Positions 8,850 through 10,596 of a stretch of DNA of 10,596 nucleotides are shown piece by piece. A program made the translations under genes and the position numbers. The notes under the pieces were generated by a model that searched no databases, was not told the DNA's origin, and was given only the letters and a program-made list of their open reading frames with translations. Source of the DNA: Azolla caroliniana (lineage: Eukaryota > Plantae > Polypodiophyta); contig JBHGNT010001257.1 of the NCBI GenBank assembly GCA_043228905.1, positions 1 to 10,596 on the forward strand, written 5' to 3'. Position 1 is the stretch's first letter. Every line of letters begins with the position of its first letter.

Positions 8850-8989
8850 TATGTATGTATGTATGTACGTATAGATCGACACATTCATGATATTCTCAAT
8901 ATTCTTCATGCATGATATTCGCATTCGAGAATATGAAATGGCCCTAACAATATTATAAAACCATTCGTTTTATAAAATAAATATTAATT

Positions 8990-9078
8990 TGGACATAGGG
9001 GTAGTTTGGTAAATTTAGAACTTCCAAGGGCATTCTGGTAAATAGGCAAACTTCCAGGGGTATCATGGTACTTTTCCC
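8990..9078. mobile_element. Mutator-like (MULE) terminal inverted repeat, right end only
   Basis: Ends ...GGTACTTTTCCC (reverse complement GGGAAAAGTACC, a typical MULE terminus). Three ~30-bp subrepeats A(G/A)GGG(T/C)A...TGGTA start at 8997, 9026 and 9056. There is an abrupt switch to an AT-rich flank, TTAATTTAA. The partner TIR was not found in the window. Confidence 0.6.
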
Positions 9079-9205
9079 TTAATTTAAATAAATAAATAAA
9101 TTTAATTCACTAAAAAAAGAACAATCACTCATTAATAGATTATAAAAATATGATTACTATTAACTTTCTTGTATAGTGTCAAATAAAAAAAGGGAGAGTT
9201 TATCG

Positions 9206-9437
9206 ACCTTTATTTTATTTTATTTATTTATTTATGTATTTATTAAAAACGAATATTTTTATATTTATTATAGAAATATGATTAGTGTGAATTCTCATTT
9301 TTAATGACAGATAAAAATATCCATAAATTTTGGGAGAGAAGAGAAAATGAGGAATTACAATGAACCTTTATTTTATTTTATTTATTTATTAAAAACAAAA
9401 CGAATACTTTTACACTTATTATAAAAATTTATTAATG
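9206..9437. repeat. AT-rich two-copy direct repeat (~75 bp) with (TTTA)n core
   Basis: ACCTTTATTTTATTTTATTTATTTA...AAAACGAATA(T/C)TTTTA(T/C)A(T/C)TTATTATA starts at ~9206 and ~9364. Confidence 0.8.
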
Positions 9438-9585
9438 TCAAGTCCCTCTTTTATTGTCCCCTTTTTATTGTCAAGTCCTTTTTTTATATCCTAGGAAACG
9501 GAAAAGGAGGATACTTGACCATGCATTCGTATACATATTGGTTTGCATTCTAATGAGAAACCCCACGAATGCGAATATGTCAATC

Positions 9586-9907
9586 CATAGAATGTAAAAT
9601 TCGGTGTTCGTCTAGCATAGCATTTGTTTTCCTACGTTGGAAAATAAATGCGAATATTATTCAAACATTCTTATGTGTTTTTTTTGTTTTTTCCCCCTTT
9701 TTTTAAGGTTTTTCTTTTTGCTTTTTTCCTTTTTTTTAGGTTAATTTACCTCATAATAAATAGTTGATCCAAAAATATGGTATTTACCATTCTTCGAGGG
9801 TGTTTACCATAATCAAATGATTGAAACATTTGCGAATGCGAATGCATGTATGGTTCATACTATGTGTCAATCTATGTATGTATGCATGCATGTATGGTGG
9901 CCATATG
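9586..9907 (+). repeat. Dispersed repeat, copy B
   Basis: Same-orientation diverged match to 8502-8849 (see copy A). Confidence 0.85.
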
Positions 9908-10596
9908 AATATATTCTCTTCATATGACCTTTGGCCGCCTGCCCGCCCATTTGCCCATCCGAGAAATGGAAATCAAAGATCATCCAGTCATAGAATTGAG
10001 AGGAGCAGAGCTTGACTGGGTGTTTTATTCTTCAACCTGGAATTATACACGTGATGCTTCTCCCATCGATAACTCTTCAAATGAAGAAATGAAATATGTA
10101 AATGCTCGATGCGTAACGATTATATCCTATGTTTAATATGTCTAGCATTGACAATTCTCTTCCGTATACACTAATCTTGTATACATTTGGCACACGACCA
10201 ATATTGAAAATTGGAGATATTACACCTCATAGGGATATTAAAACCAAATATTATGACATTATTTACGTTAGCATACCATGATAGATACTTGCTTTATGAT
10301 GATTGGTACCAATTTTTTCCACAAAATTGGTGAGATTATTGAAGGTTTGTATGATACAATCTTCACATGTGGAAGTCTAAGAGGAACTATCCATGTGGTA
10401 GAATATTAACTATGGTTTTAGTGTATAACCTAACTTGAGTGATGAGTTAGTGTTAATAATAACAAAGGGAGCTAGTAAAAAGCAAGCCAAAAGTTATATA
10501 TATGAGTGTTGGGATGTAGTTATTAGTCACGACACTCTCTTACCGATGGGTTCTTATGTATGGAAATTTCATTGACCACATGCATTGGCACTACAC

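Noticed and set aside
8169-8924. 251-aa minus-strand ORF and the small ORFs at 7885-8533
   Set aside because: Translations of microsatellite and poly-T/A tracts (YIYIYI, HTYIH, KKKNKK) within repeat sequence.
8997-9078. 30-bp periodic repeats as a CRISPR array
   Set aside because: The units are contiguous and degenerate with no unique spacers. The context is eukaryotic with no cas genes, and TIR subrepeats explain them better.

Overview
Eukaryotic, AT-rich genomic DNA, most likely from a land plant with flagellated sperm (fern-like; inferred from gene content, intron style and repeats). The one clear gene is a four-exon + strand gene, join(2314..3466,3598..3710,3878..3974,4147..4256), 490 aa. 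It encodes a long E/R/K/Q-rich coiled-coil protein best read as the axonemal microtubule inner protein CFAP53/CCDC11 (FAP53). All three introns are GT-AG and phase-consistent. The flanks are mostly decayed repeats: a 3' LINE fragment (~5869-6574), a single Mutator-like terminal inverted repeat ending at 9078, a ~330-bp dispersed duplication (8502-8849 / 9586-9907), microsatellites and short tandem duplications. There are also weak pseudogene-like remnants. I found no convincing undescribed biological system. The best leads are candidate sperm-lineage promoter elements of CFAP53, the steep GC/CpG gradient of its first exon, and a possible decayed importin-5-like gene on the minus strand.
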